Origin: Lama glama | Lineage: Eukaryota | NCBI GenBank assembly: GCA_028534125.1 | Contig: CM052817.1 | Span: 72,170,001-72,234,000, forward strand | Direction of reading: 5' to 3' | DNA: 64,000 nt | Notes under the pieces: model-generated | Told to the model about the DNA's origin: nothing | The model's database searches: none | The model's input: only the letters and a program-made list of their open reading frames with translations | Position numbers and translations under genes: made by a program | Shown: positions 1-12,262 of the stretch, in pieces | How positions within the stretch are numbered: position 1 is the first letter of the stretch | How the letters are laid out: every line of letters begins with the position of its first letter

Positions 1-4
1 AGAT

Positions 5-540
5 TTTATTTCTCCTGAAGTTTTATTCAGATATAATTGATTTAAAGCATTGTATTAGTTTAAAGTGTACAACATAATGAATTGATACTTGCAAATATTG
101 CAAAATGATCACCACAATAACTTTAGTTAATATCCATCACTTCATGTAGTTACAATTTTTTTCTTCTCATGAGCTCTTTTAAGATCTACTCTTCTGGGAT
201 GAGGGTATTGCTCAGTATAGAGCGCGTGCTTAGCATGCACGAGGTCCTGGGTTTAATCCCTAGTGCCTCTGTTAAATAAATAAGTAAAAAACTTAATTAC
301 CTCTCCCCCAAAATTTAAAAACAAAAACAAACAAAAGAGATCTACACTTAGCAACTTTCAAATGTACAATACAGTATTGTTAACTATAGTCATGCAGTAC
401 ATTATATCCCCAGAACATTTATTTTATAACTGGAAGTTATAAGGACCTCCTTCACTCATTTCCTCTACCCCGGTCCCCCATCTCTGGCAACCACTGATCT
501 GTTCTCTGTTCTATGAATTCAGTTTAGATTCCACATATAA
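5..540 (-). mobile_element. L1 (L1MA-like) 3' UTR fragment, interrupted by a SINE
   Basis: Antisense L1 3' end motifs: gtgtacaacataatga, atgatcaccacaataa, ttttaagatctactct...agcaactttcaa, tctggcaaccactgatct, tttagattccacatataa. Confidence 0.8.
196..337 (+). mobile_element. tRNA-derived SINE (Vic-1-like, camelid)
   Basis: tRNA-like head (gctcagtatagagcgcgtgcttagcatgcacgaggtcctgggtttaatccc), aacttaattacctctcccc segment, A-rich tail; TSD agatctactctt (182-193) / agatctacactt (338-349). Confidence 0.85.
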
Positions 541-1414
541 ATCCCTTAGAGTTTCAGGTTTAAGCAGATAACAAGACTATTTTGACAAGTTCTGCCACAT
601 CAGATAGAGGTGCCTTAGTTATGAGTAAGCGCCCATGAAAAATTGTATTCCCCTGATTTCTACTTAGGGTGGTTGCTCTGGATAAGAAATATGACTCTGG
701 ATGCTTAATCTGATGATTTCAACCATTTGTGATCTGACAACCATTGATTATGTGATTGCAAACTTAGGACCATGAAGATGGTATATGCAGTAACGGCACT
801 GTACAAACTCAGAGATGCTGCCGTTACACCAGCAAGCGATGATACCTAGTAGCTATTTGATCTTGTCATAATTGTTTCTTTTCTGTCTCCAGCTGAATTA
901 CCGTCATTCTGCTCCTCTACCAAAAGAAATAAGACTCTGACTTTCTGTTTATTAAATTAGGCTTTGCTGAGGATAACATTTTTGGTTAAAATGCAAAATT
1001 TGAAAACACATTGATTTGTTATAATGTCAGTAGCTTTGATGAATGTATTTTAAGCTTGCTGTGTTTTGAGAAAAATGTCTCACATTCCTTATCGTTTTGT
1101 TATTATATTTTTATCATTCATCATCAAACTCTTTAGTCAAGTTTAGCATATTATTTCTATTCCAGAATATGTTTTTTTAAATGTTATAGATTATAAAATG
1201 ATGATATGTAAGCAGTGTGAGATATAATAGCTCTCATTCTGTTTCTCACTTTTTAGCCCAGATTGATGTTTTATGAAGATCAAATACATATATCACCATC
1301 TCTTCTTAGTCACTGTTAGCTTTTGAGCACTGATAGAAATGGACAATGGCAAACCAGCCATTCAAAATATAAATTGTTTACTGATGGTATAAAAATGTAT
1401 TAAGCTTATCTATT

Positions 1415-2000
1415 AATCTATCAAATGTTTATTGAGTGCCTGCCATATATCAAATATAGCGAAAGGTATTGTAAAAATTATAGAAAAAATAGAATATTTT
1501 CAGGGCTTTCTAGGAAATTATACTCACATGAGACAGACTTGATACAGGAAACAGTTGGATAAAACAGAAAGCACATACGTGTGTGCTGGGATATGTTGTC
1601 TGGCTGACTCACAAGATGGGAATTCAGTGATGAGCTTGAGCTAGGAAGGACAAGTTGTCTGTAAGAAGTAGAGCTTGAAATGAACCTTAAAGAAAAGCCT
1701 GAAATTAGATATAGAAGAGGGAGAGAAAAAGTAGAAAGTCATGCATGATGTGTGTTCAGAAGCCAGCAATTAGTCTGAAGAAAGGAGCTAGTTTTAAGGA
1801 AAAGCATTTGGATGGCTAGAAGAATTGAAATCCAGGAACAGAATTTTGATTCCAATGTGGTAAGTGAGAGGGAGCCACTGGTGGCTTTTGAGCAGAGAGG
1901 GAAAATTCCATAAAATCCGCAAAATAATTGAATAAAGGAAAATCTAGGGCCAGTGAATAGGAGGGTTTAAGCAAGGATGGGCAATGGAGATGGAGAAAAA
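1415..2000 (-). mobile_element. L2 fragment
   Basis: caaatgtttattgagtgcctgcc (reverse complement of the L2 tail), then purine-rich L2 motifs such as gagggagccactgg...ttttgagcagagag and ggcaatggagatggaga. Confidence 0.65.
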
Positions 2001-2159
2001 ACGACTGGGACTGGTATTTTTTGTCTATTTGAGTCTTAGTTACACTTTTGAATGTTCATTTTAAACAACTGAAATTTGTTACGTTTTGTTTTTTTATTTA
2101 GCTTTCTTCTGGGAAGATTTTCTAATAGCATTCCCAAACGACAATATTATTTTTCTTTT

Positions 2160-2610
2160 TAAAGGTTTTTATATTTATGTTACAAGAATGGTATATGTTC
2201 CCAGAAGAACTTTTTTTTTAATGCTGAATCAGCAAAAAAAAAGAAAAAGAAAATGAAAACCATGTAAAATTCCACTTTACTTTTAAATCATACCATTAAT
2301 ATTGTAGCACACAATTTTTTAGTTACCTCTATACATCCATTTTTGTTGTTGTTGCAAAAATAGCATTATACAATACCCTTATTCTATAATCTTTTTCATC
2401 ACTTGAGTTGATAATGAACATTTTCCCCATGACATTTAGCTGGTCTTTAATAATAATAATAATCTAAATGGTCATGCTGTACTGTGTGGTTGGAATAGAC
2501 CATGTTCATTTCCCTCGTGTCCTACTATTGGACAGTAGGTGGTTCCTAAGTTTTTCTATGATAAAATGGTTACATAAACATCCTTGTAACCAGATCTTTG
2601 TGCATGCAAA
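2160..2610 (-). mobile_element. Ancient L1 (L1ME-like) 3' fragment
   Basis: Degenerate motifs gaacattttcccatg, ctactattggacagtaggtggttcc, ataaacatccttgta. Confidence 0.55.
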
Positions 2611-3538
2611 TTAATCAGTTAAATGATAGTGGAATCAAACCTATTTACAACATTTTGGCCTTGAATATAAACACATCAGTAACTTAGTTGTTTACAGGTG
2701 AACAGAATCCTTTGCTCCACTGGAATTTTTCATCTTGTGACCAAAACTACTCATTTTCCACCCACATTTATTTTTTTTTCTCATTTTATAACGTAAAAGT
2801 TCATTGTTACTGGTTATTCATTATGTGCTAGGCAGGTGCAAAATATTTTATGGATGATATCTCATTTACATTTAATGTCATGGAACTTTTCTTTGAGGAA
2901 CGCTTTGTCATTCTTGTCATTGTTATTAGCAATAGAGTATGAAAATGAGTGATGGTTTAGATAGTTCTGAAACCTAATCTTGATGTGGATATGGACTGAC
3001 GTCTATTTAGCCTCTCTAAATCTGGATATAATGGTTATGATCATTTGTACAAAAATCTTAGTGAGGCTATCTCATGAGATGTAAAACTTCACTACGGGCA
3101 TTTTGTACTTACCATGTACTTACCATAATAGAATGTCTATAATATTACCATGGTTTTTATCTTAGCAATGAAGAAGTTGGAAATATGTGATTCCTTTGCA
3201 AATAGAAATGGACAGCATAAAGCAAATTACATAATGCATTTGGCTCTTGGAAGCAAGGTTTTACAGAGACTTAAATAAATGCCTTTGTGTCTGAGCAGTG
3301 AAGTGACCAAACTGTCTTTCTCTGTCTCCTCTCATCTGAGTTTCCTTTCCCATGGGTGTTTCCCTCTGCCCCACAGAAAATTTGGCTGTAAAAGATGTGC
3401 ATGCAAACGTCCACAGGTGCTGAGCCAGTAGCATAACGTCAGAGACGCAAATGAGCAACACAGGAGCTTGCTAAACTGTACCTGCGCCTGCAAATAATTG
3501 CCCACGGTTTCTGAAATTGGGCCAGCAGGTTTGTGTTT

Positions 3539-3556
3539 GTGTGTGTGTGTGTGTGT
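3539..3556. repeat. (GT)9 microsatellite
   Basis: Read directly. Confidence 0.95.
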
Positions 3557-4754
3557 TTTTAAGGCCCTATGTATATGCTGCTCTTACTTTGTTCCAGGTT
3601 TAGTTTCTAAGCTGCACTCCCAATTTCTAAAGGTATAGACATTAGTAAGGCCACCCTGTCGCTGTAGAATGTCATGTAACCCAGCCCCTGAAAATCATAA
3701 TGTCAACCCTCTGCAGAAGAACATTTTAGTATGTATTTTAAACTTCACACATAAGAAAAAAAATAAAACCTGAAAAAGAATGCCTGCATCTCCTGCAAAA
3801 TAAGCCTTTATGACGCTATTTATTCTGTAGTTCAACTCCCCCTGAGCACAGAACAACATGATAAATTTCTGCTGGAATTTAGGAGCTGCAGGAAAACAAA
3901 GTTTGCCGTAAAAAAACCCTCCAGCTAACAGCTAAGCTTCATTTTATTGGCCAGTAGGAAGTAGATAATTCATTTTCTCTGGTCCTTTGGCCTGAGCCAA
4001 CAATAAGCTCAGTGTAGTGTAGACAGGTTGTATGTGATATATAATTTCTTTTAAATTTCATTTTAATCCTTTGGTTCAAGTCAGTACGAAATGATACAGC
4101 TACATAATTGGATAACATGTCCATTAGGAAGAATGATAGCAGCATCCTATCCTGGGACCTGCGGTGCTCATATTTCTACACGAGAGCTCCCTCAGTTACT
4201 ACAGGTGATGTGCTCATTGCCCACACCCCCGTTTCCAGTGTCGCCTTCTTCGTTCAGGTCTCCATTTTCTTCTTATATTCTAGCTAGACTCCTTCATTCC
4301 AGGTTTGTTCCCTTTAAAGCCATCCAAAATAGTCCTGGAGTTTTTTGCAATAATGAACATCTTAGCATCTCTCTCACTTGCTTTTGAGCCATAAATGATT
4401 CCCTAAGGATGTTTCGTAAAATAAAGGGTTGGAGGAATGATTTGTGACTGTTGTATCAAAAGAGCATTCTCTATTCAAATATATTGGAAAGTTTCTTGGA
4501 GTTAAATGGATTTCTTTATTGCAAAACTACTGAGAGCCCCCAGTATTTGAAGATTCATTAGAAGCTAATAAGAGAACTATAAGAAAACATGTATAATTTC
4601 CCAGGCAGATGCATCCACAAGATCATTTTTTGTGGAGGTCCCCATCGGTGCTGTCAGCCTCATCTTGGCCAAATGTGCACTGTAATTATGTCGGAGTACT
4701 TGGCATTTCTGGGCCCCATCGCGGGCTTCCTCATCTCAGTGTGAGCTTACCCTG

Positions 4755-4967
4755 TTCCTTCTGCTTATGAATACATTTCCCTTTCTTTCTCTGTAAAATG
4801 CTAGTCATTCTTCAAAATTCAGGTCAGATTTTGTCATTCCTATACAGACTTTCTCTGATTCTCTAAGGCAGAACTATTCCCTTCTTCCTTCATGTGGCCA
4901 CTGAGCATTTGCTTAAATGTCTATTACTGAACTTCTCACTGTTGGTTATTTATTCATTTGTTTCCTC
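4755..4967 (+). mobile_element. L2 fragment
   Basis: ctagtcattcttcaaaattcaggtcaga...agactttctctgatt resembles the L2 3' region. Confidence 0.5.
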
Positions 4968-5036
4968 AAACAAATCTTATTTTAATCAAGAAAGCATACC
5001 CATGATTTAGACTTCCAGTTAAATGTGTAGGTGAAT

Positions 5037-5545
5037 ATGGTGGCTGGTCTTCACAGATGCTCCCCTCCTCAATGAACCGTCACTGCCAGATTCCATGCCA
5101 ACGAGCAGTTTCTTCCCCTTGAATCTGAGATGGCCCTGTCACTTGCTTTTGATCACTAGACTTTTGCACAAAAAAGACTGCATGGCTTCCAAGGCTAGGT
5201 CATAAAGAATCTTGCAATTTTCAAATGGCTCACATAGATACTCATTCTGAGGGCAGCTAGCCACCAAGTTAGGTCGACCACACTGAGACCACTGTGCTCT
5301 GAGAAAGCCCACACTAGTTATGTGAAGAGGGGGGAGAGGGGGAGCGAGAGAGAGAGGGAAAGATGGAGAGGTGGAGAGATGGAGAGGTGGAGAGAAAGGG
5401 AGGCGCCCAGCCAGCACACTTCTCTTCCAACATTCCAGATAAGGTACCAGACATGTGAGAGAAATTATCTTGTGTGTCTAGCCCAACCACTACCTGACTT
5501 CAACTGCAAACCCACATGATAATTGTCTACCTGGATCCAGTCAAG
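5037..5545 (+). mobile_element. MaLR LTR (MLT1F/G/H-like)
   Basis: cccttgaatctgag..tggccctgtcacttgcttt, ttccaaggctaggtcataaa, ctgagaccactgtgct..gagaaagccc; internal purine-rich tract 5325-5403. Confidence 0.75.
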
Positions 5546-5564
5546 CTGGAAGTGCGGTGATGTT

Positions 5565-5578
5565 CACACACGCGTGCG

Positions 5579-5610
<32 letters not shown>
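5565..5610. repeat. Alternating purine-pyrimidine (CA)n/(CG) microsatellite
   Basis: cacacacgcgtgcgcacgcacacaca... Confidence 0.95.
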
Positions 5611-5615
<5 letters not shown>

Positions 5616-5834
5616 ACAGTATTTATTTGGGACCAGTTGGGAGCAGGGAAGCTGAAATGGCCTTAAGGAAACGATTAATAAAGTCTGTGTTAAAAAAGTC
5701 AGCTGACTTCTTTTAGTTGTGTATTTTAAGATTTAGAAACAAGAAATATGAACAAAAGAAAAACTGTTCAGTTTTCAAGCAAAATCTAGAGGAAGCATTT
5801 CTGAGACAGTTATATGCTAAATTAAAATTTAAAA

Positions 5835-6078
5835 ATTTTTTTTTATAATTGAAGTACAGTCAGTTATGATGTGTCAATTTCTGGTGTAAATAATGTCCCA
5901 GCCATGTATATATATACACATACATTCATTTTCATATTCCTTTTCATTAAAGTTTATTACAAGATATTGACTATAGTTCCCTGTGCTATACAGAAGAAAT
6001 TTGTTTTAATCTATTTTATAAATAGTGGGTAATTGCAAATCTCAAATTCCCAAATTGATCCCTTTCTACCCCCTCATT
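5835..6078 (-). mobile_element. Young 5'-truncated L1 3' end (lineage-specific)
   Basis: polyT then gaagtacagtcagtta...tattacaagatattgactatagttccctgtgctatacag...gcaaatctcaaattccc; same family as 57007-57294. Confidence 0.85.
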
Positions 6079-6228
6079 TCCAGATTTCAACCATCCAGCA
6101 AAAGACTCTCAAAAGAAGAAAATTAAAGTGGTACCAGTAATAAATTGTCTCAGGGTAAACAGTTCAAGATTATTTGCTAAGACCTCAAAAATAATTACAA
6201 CATGAGTGGTAGATCCACTCAAGTAGAC

Positions 6229-6335
6229 CATGGATTGGAAATTTTTTTTCTGGAAAGGGCCAAATAGCAAATGTTGTAAGTTTTTCAGACTCCATAAGAT
6301 CCACGTCTCATATTCTTTGTTTGTTTGTTTGTTTT
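6229..6335 (+). mobile_element. MER58 (MER58C-like) hAT MITE, left part
   Basis: catggattggaaattttttttctggaaagggccaaatagcaaat matches the MER58 left end; left TSD aagtagac 6221-6228. Confidence 0.7.
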
Positions 6336-6339
6336 CTGT

Positions 6340-8094
6340 AACATAAGATACAGAACAGGAAATTTACTATTAGTGACATTTAGCACACTGTGTTGTGTGA
6401 CCATCACCACTATCTAGCTTCAGAATATTTTATCACCCCAAAAGGAAAACTCACACTCACTAGGCAGTCACTCCCAAGTCCCTCCTCCTCCCTGCCTCTG
6501 ACAACCACTGTCTGAGTCTATGGATTTTCCTTTGTGAATATTTTATGTAAATGAAGCCATAAATTATGTGGTATTTTGGATCTCTTTTCTTTTGCTTAAC
6601 GTAATTCTTCCAAGGATCATCCCTGTGTGTATCAGTATTTCGTTCCTTTTTATAGTTGAATAATAAATATTTCACTGTACAGATATACCACATTCTGTTT
6701 ATCCATCCATCTGTTCATTGATACTTGAGCTGTTTCACCTTTTGGCTGTTGTGAATAATGCTGCTATGAGCATCCATGTACATATTTTTCTTTAAATTCT
6801 TGTTTTCAGTTCCTTTGGGTATGAACCCAGGAGTGGAATCACTGGGTCATATGGCAATTCTGTTTAATTTATTGCCAGGCTGCTTAATTGTTTTCCACTG
6901 TTTACATTCTCACCACCAATATACAAGTTTTCTGCTTTCTCCATGTCCTCACCAGCATTTGTTATTTTTTGGTTTTATTTATTTATTTAAATTAAAACCA
7001 TCATAAAGAGCATAGAGTGGTATCCTATTGTGGTTTTGATTTGTGGTTCCTAATGACTAATGATGCTGAACTTAATTTTAATGTGTTTGTTGCCATTCAT
7101 AAACTTTTTTAGTAAAATATGTCTTAAAGTCCTTTCCCCATTTTTAAATTAGGTTGCTTGTCTCTTTGTTGTGGAGTCATAAGAGTTCTTTACAGATTCT
7201 AAATATTAAACTCTTATTAAATTTATAATTTGTAAATTTTTTCCCCATTCTCTTGGTCGTAATTTTGCCTATTGATGATATGCTTTGATGCACACATGTT
7301 TTACATTTTGAAGAAGCCCAGCTTAAGTATTTTTCTTTTGTTACTTGTCTTTCTGATGTCAAATCTAAGAAACCCCTACCAAACCCAATGTCAGTAAGAT
7401 TTAGCCCTGTGTTTTCTTGTAAGAGTTTTATATTTTTAGTTCTTATTTACATTTGGTCTATTTTGAGTTAGTTTTTATAGACAGCATGGAACAGGACTCT
7501 AACTTCATTGTTTTGCATGTGGTTATCTAGTTGTCTCAGTACCATTAGTTGAAGAGGTCTTTTTCCTTTTCGCCATCTGATGGTAGTGGAACTCTTGTTG
7601 AAAATCAACGGACCATAGATGTATGGGTTTATTTCTAGACTCTCAATTCATTTCCACTGAGTTTTATGTCTATCATTATTCCCGTACACACTGCTTCGAT
7701 TACTGTAGGTTTGTGGTAAGTTTGAAATAGGAAAGTGTGAGTGTGATAGTGAATTTTATACGTTAACCTGGCTGGGGCAAGCGATGCCCAGATATCTGGT
7801 TAACATTATTTCTGGGTGTGTCTATGAGGTGTTTTCAGAAGAGATTAGCATTTGAATTGGTAGACCAAGTAAAGCAGATTGCTCTCTCCAGTGTGGGTGG
7901 GCATCATGCAATCCGCTGAGGAGCTGAAAAGAAAAATGCAGAGGAAGGGAGAAGTCTCTCTCTCACCCTGACAGTATGAGCTGGGGCATTTGTCTTCTTA
8001 GACTCTCAGATATTGCCAGTCCTTGTCCTCAGGCCAAGTCTTGGACTGGAACTAGATTTCATGGGTCTTCAGCTTGAGATAGCAGGTCACACAC

Positions 8095-8144
<50 letters not shown>

Positions 8145-8404
8145 ACACACATATATACATATACATATACATGTACATATACTATTTGGGAGCCCTTACA
8201 ATTTTAGGATGAGCTTTCCCATTCATGCCAAAAAGGCTGTTTGGGATTTTTTATTGAAATTGAACTGAATGTGTAGATCACTTTGGGTAGTATTACCTCT
8301 GCAACAATATTAAGTCTTCCAACCAATGAGCCCAAGATGCCATGCCATTTATTTAGGACTTCTTTAATTTAGTCCAACAATGGTTGCTAGTTTTCAGTGT
8401 ACGG
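6340..8404 (-). mobile_element. L1MB 3' UTR plus ORF2 fragment, interrupted by an MLT2 LTR at 7742-8181
   Basis: ccatcaccactatctagcttcagaatattttatcaccccaaaagg, caggagtggaatcactgggtcatatggcaattct, tgtatgggtttatttctagactctc; resumes at 8182 (ctatttgggagccc...gtagatcactttgggtag). Confidence 0.9.
7742..8181 (+). mobile_element. MLT2 (ERVL) LTR, 3'-truncated, ending in its (TA/CA)n tract
   Basis: Starts tgtgatagtgaattttatacgttaacctggctggg; aacattatttctgggtgtgtct, gagattagcatttgaattggtagac, gtgggtgggcatcat. Confidence 0.85.
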
Positions 8405-8405
8405 T

Positions 8406-8407
8406 AT

Positions 8408-8446
<39 letters not shown>

Positions 8447-8449
8447 TTT
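8406..8449. repeat. (ATTT)11 microsatellite
   Basis: Read directly. Confidence 0.95.
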
Positions 8450-8553
8450 CACAATCCTTTAAAAATTTAAAAGCTGTTATTAGCTTGCTTGCAGGCCCAA
8501 TAAAAACAGGCTGTGGGTTGGATTTGGTTCATGGGTCATATCTTGCTGCACAG
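8450..8553 (+). mobile_element. MER58 (MER58C-like), right part
   Basis: caatcctttaaaaatttaaaagctgttattagct...aaaaacaggctgtgggttggatttggttcatgggtcata; right TSD agctagac 8554-8561. Confidence 0.7.
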
Positions 8554-9387
8554 AGCTAGACAGAAAGGCTTCGAAGAATCTTAATGCATGCCTCTTAAGC
8601 CTCTATGGTAGAGAAAGAAAATCAGGTTTTTAAGAATCTTGAGTATGTTTCCTCAAAGTACTGTGACTCTCAGCCTGAGGGAAGGAAGAACCTCTGCGAG
8701 AGATTTTTGGTTTTTACATTTGTCTGACAGATTATAGTACAATTTGATACACAGGAAGCCCATAGTGTTTTAGAAGATATTATAACTGTTTGGACTAAAA
8801 GGAAATAATGTAGTTCCAAACAAAGGAGGCTTTGTGGTCCCAATTCTTACAAAGAGAAAGCAAGCATGGAAAGGGACTGCGTTGCAAACACAGGCCATTG
8901 CTTGTCAAAATGAAGGCTGACTGAGAGCACAGAAGCAACAGCCCAGAGAGTGGCAGTGAAAACCAGTGCGAACCATCACAGGGCTTAGAGGGTGGGTTCT
9001 GATGAGAGAGCTGGCAACATTTGCTCAATTGTGTTTCAGAATTTCTACAGACCAGATACTCTTATTTGCCTGCATTACCCCCCCCCAACTCCTTTTTTAA
9101 TGAGCCTGTCCACTGCAGCTCCACTAGACCATGCACCTCCATTGCATCTTTAGTATGTCAGGAGGTGACACAGATAAATTGTCTCTTTAGTTTACAGGTC
9201 TTCAGCTTGAGAGAGGTACACACGAGGACTCTAAATGACATGTGAGTCTGATTTAGATAAAGTGATTTTCGACTTTAAGACTGATTCTGTAAAGGGGTGA
9301 GACTTTTGATGGCCTTGTGAAGATGTGTATATATTTTGCAGGAATGTAAATGATTATCAGGAGGGGTGGGAGGGATGTAAATAATTT

Positions 9388-9829
9388 GTTGCCAGTGAGA
9401 TGAAAGATAGCCACAAATCCTTTGTCACACTCCCCATCAAGAATCACTCTTCCCACCCATTAAACTTGGGTTGGCATTGGACTTGGGTAGAGTTTCAGTC
9501 CCAAGTCTTAAGGGGGCCTAGGAGCTTCAGCTTTTGTACTTGGGGGAACAACGGACCTTCATGTAAGAAGAACATATACATGAAGACGAGGGCTTGACAG
9601 TGTGGCCAGGAGAGAGGCTTAGTCATCCTAGTGTCCAGCACCTCAGCTGAGTGCCACCAATGACTAACCCAGACTGCAACTGCATGAGAGATTCCAGAGA
9701 ATCCAACAGAAAAACTGCCCTGTTGAGTTCCGACTAATCTACAGAACCATGAGAGATTATAAACTAATTTTTGTTTTAAATCACTAAATTTGGGGGTAGA
9801 TTGTTATGCTGCAATAGAAAACCAAAACA
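9388..9829 (+). mobile_element. MaLR LTR (MLT1H-like)
   Basis: gatagccacaaatcctttg..., gactgcaactgcatgagaga, acagaaccatgagaga, end tgttttaaatcactaaatttggggg...gcaatagaaaaccaaaaca. Confidence 0.8.
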
Positions 9830-11014
9830 ACTGAGGAAACTTCTAGGCATGAGTAGATAGGCAAAATGAACGCAGCTGCAAAGGTAACACGAATGAAGCT
9901 ACTAATTCTGGAAGGATGGCTGCATGCACAATGTGGATATTAAAACAAAGACACGAAGGAATAACTTTATACACATCTCAATCTGTACCAGATAATTAGA
10001 AGCAGAGGAAGTGCAGATGTCTTAGTGAGGCTTATGTAACAACAGCTGTTTCCCTCACCCATATATCTCAGAACCAATCAGAAGCTGGATTATTTCTGGA
10101 TGAACCAAAGGAAGGCTCCTGACCATTAAAGTAAAGCATTTCTCCTGAAGTTGACAATGACCCTGAGAATGGTTATTCCGTTGGAGAATACAGAGCAGCT
10201 CAGGTGTCGAGGGGGAGAAGGGGATATTTATAATGTTTCCTTAACACCTACTACTTCTGTGTCTTAGAAGCCCAGCAGTAGAGTGGATTCAAACACTCAT
10301 AGACTTAGTCAAAGTCTTCCCACTGGCACTAGTCAAAGTGCAATGAGAAATACGATTCTCCCAGTAGTTCTGGCGTTATCTGCTGGGTTGTGAATTAGAT
10401 GGCTTTCTAGGGTAGTAGAAGTCAGCATTTCCTTAGGCATATCTCTGAATCATTCTAAAGACTCGCATATCTTTTTTTTTTTTTGGTTGTGGTGGTGGTT
10501 TTATACTTATGAATTTTTCCCCCCACTGGTTCTTCAGTCAGACAGAGGCCTTATTTAATGTGGCAGGCAGTCTTTATCTGGGGACTCCAACAATTGGGGG
10601 AAACTCTGAAGGACGAGCCCAATCCGCAAAGTCTGCATCTTTTATGTTAATGCTGAGTTTCGGATTATTTTCTTTGGTGGGTCTGTGGTAGTGCCATCCT
10701 TGGCTCAGAAGAACCTCTTGTTAGTTTTGTGATCAGTGAATCCACCAAGTGCTTAATCTGTTTTTGCGTGTAGGCATTGCTGAGGGATATGACAAAAGTA
10801 ATGCCAGCCCAGTGGATGGCAGATCTGAGCAGTGGAAGGAAAGAGAAAGAGAAAAGTGATCCAAGACTTGCCTTCATTGGCATTTTGATATAATTATGAA
10901 TAGATGCCTGTTTTTCTTGCTATACTGCGAACTGCTCAAAAATAACTCCATCTTAGTCAATTTTGTGTCCTTAGTATGTATCATAAGGAGATGCCAAATT
11001 AAATTATTTTAAAA

Positions 11015-11270
11015 GGGAGGCAGTCAATTGTAGTGTCTAAAAACATGGCTACAATCTCTACAGTCACCCTGCCTGGGTCAAATGCCTACTCTACCAAGTG
11101 CCAGTTAGTGAACTTGGATCAGCTACTTCACATTTGGGGGGCCTTTGTTTCTCCTCCTGTAAAATGGGAATTATAAATTGTTGTGAGAATTAAATGAATT
11201 GATATATGCAAAATGCTTAGAAAAATGGCTGGCTTTGAATAAACACTATTAAAGTGTTACCTCTTACTGT
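11015..11270 (+). mobile_element. MIR SINE, near full length
   Basis: gcctgggtcaaatgcc, gtgaacttggatcagctact, gtttctcctcctgtaaaatggg, gttgtgagaattaaatga, aatgcttagaa. Confidence 0.85.
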
Positions 11271-11404
11271 CATTGTGACTATCAACAGTCAGCAGAGAAG
11301 CTTGAAATCAGAACTACAAACACAGTGCTGAAAGATCAAAGCAATATCAACCACTGAACAGAAGATTTTTGCCCGAATTGTTTTATTTATTCATTTATTT
11401 ATTT

Positions 11405-11555
11405 AAGAGGTGGGCATTATTATATTTATCTTCTTTCTAAGGAAATAGTGTCTTACAGCAGGTGAATAACCCGTCCAAGACCACACAGCCAGTAAGTGAC
11501 ACATCCGGGATTTGTTACTAGGCTGTCTAACTTTAACACTCGTCCTCTTAATCTA
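11405..11555 (-). mobile_element. MIR fragment
   Basis: aggtgaataacccgtccaagaccacacagccagtaagtg...ccgggatttg. Confidence 0.7.
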
Positions 11556-12043
11556 TATACCTTCTCACTGGCTGTGACAAGGAATATGGAAATACAGAGA
11601 GGATATGACCCACTCTGCTGGATGGTCAGCAAAGCTTTGCTGAGAAGGTAGGTTTAAAAATTCCCAGGTGAATCTGAAGAATGATTTTCTAGTTAACATT
11701 TTCCAACATTTAGGAGGGTTTTCTCTGCGTCCCAAGGTGTGTTTGTGAGTAGAAGAAGAAAAAAAAAGAAAACAAACCTATACTACCTACCTAATGATAT
11801 ATATTTAAAAATTCAGTTTTACTTAAGCATTGATGTTCAATTTTACAAACCTTATTCTATTTTTAAAAATACATCTTTTTATGTAAAAATAGATCAGTTA
11901 TCTTTCAAGGGGTTCTTGATTAAAATTTCATTAGCTCAAGTTAAAAGCACAAAATTCCTGTTTTAAAAATCAGTCTCATTTTCAAACTTAGTTACTTAAA
12001 TTATCTTAAACGTTTCAAATGCTTATATAAATTTAAAACATCT

Positions 12044-12262
12044 TTTTTTAAGGTTTCAGGTGTGCTACGTAACGATTTGACATTTGCATACATTATAGGA
12101 CAATCACCATAAGCCTAGTAGCCATCTGTTCCCACCCAAAGTTATTACAATGTTATTGACCATGTTCCTTATGCTGTATATTACATCCCTGTGACTTATT
12201 GTTATTCCACTGGAAGTTTGCCTTTTAATCCCCTTCACCTCTTTCACAAACTCATTTCCTCC
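12044..12262 (-). mobile_element. L1 3' end fragment (L1MA-like)
   Basis: gtttcaggtgt, gatttgacatttgcatacatt, aaagttattacaatgttattgac, tatattacatccctgtgacttat. Confidence 0.8.

Noticed and set aside
3377..3528. Plus-strand exon-like unit (ccccacag|AAAA...GCAG|gtttgt)
   Set aside because: Stops in all three frames and a weak donor; no supporting neighbours
11015..11555. Inverted MIR pair as a dsRNA or miRNA hairpin
   Set aside because: The copies are too diverged for extended pairing, and this arrangement is common
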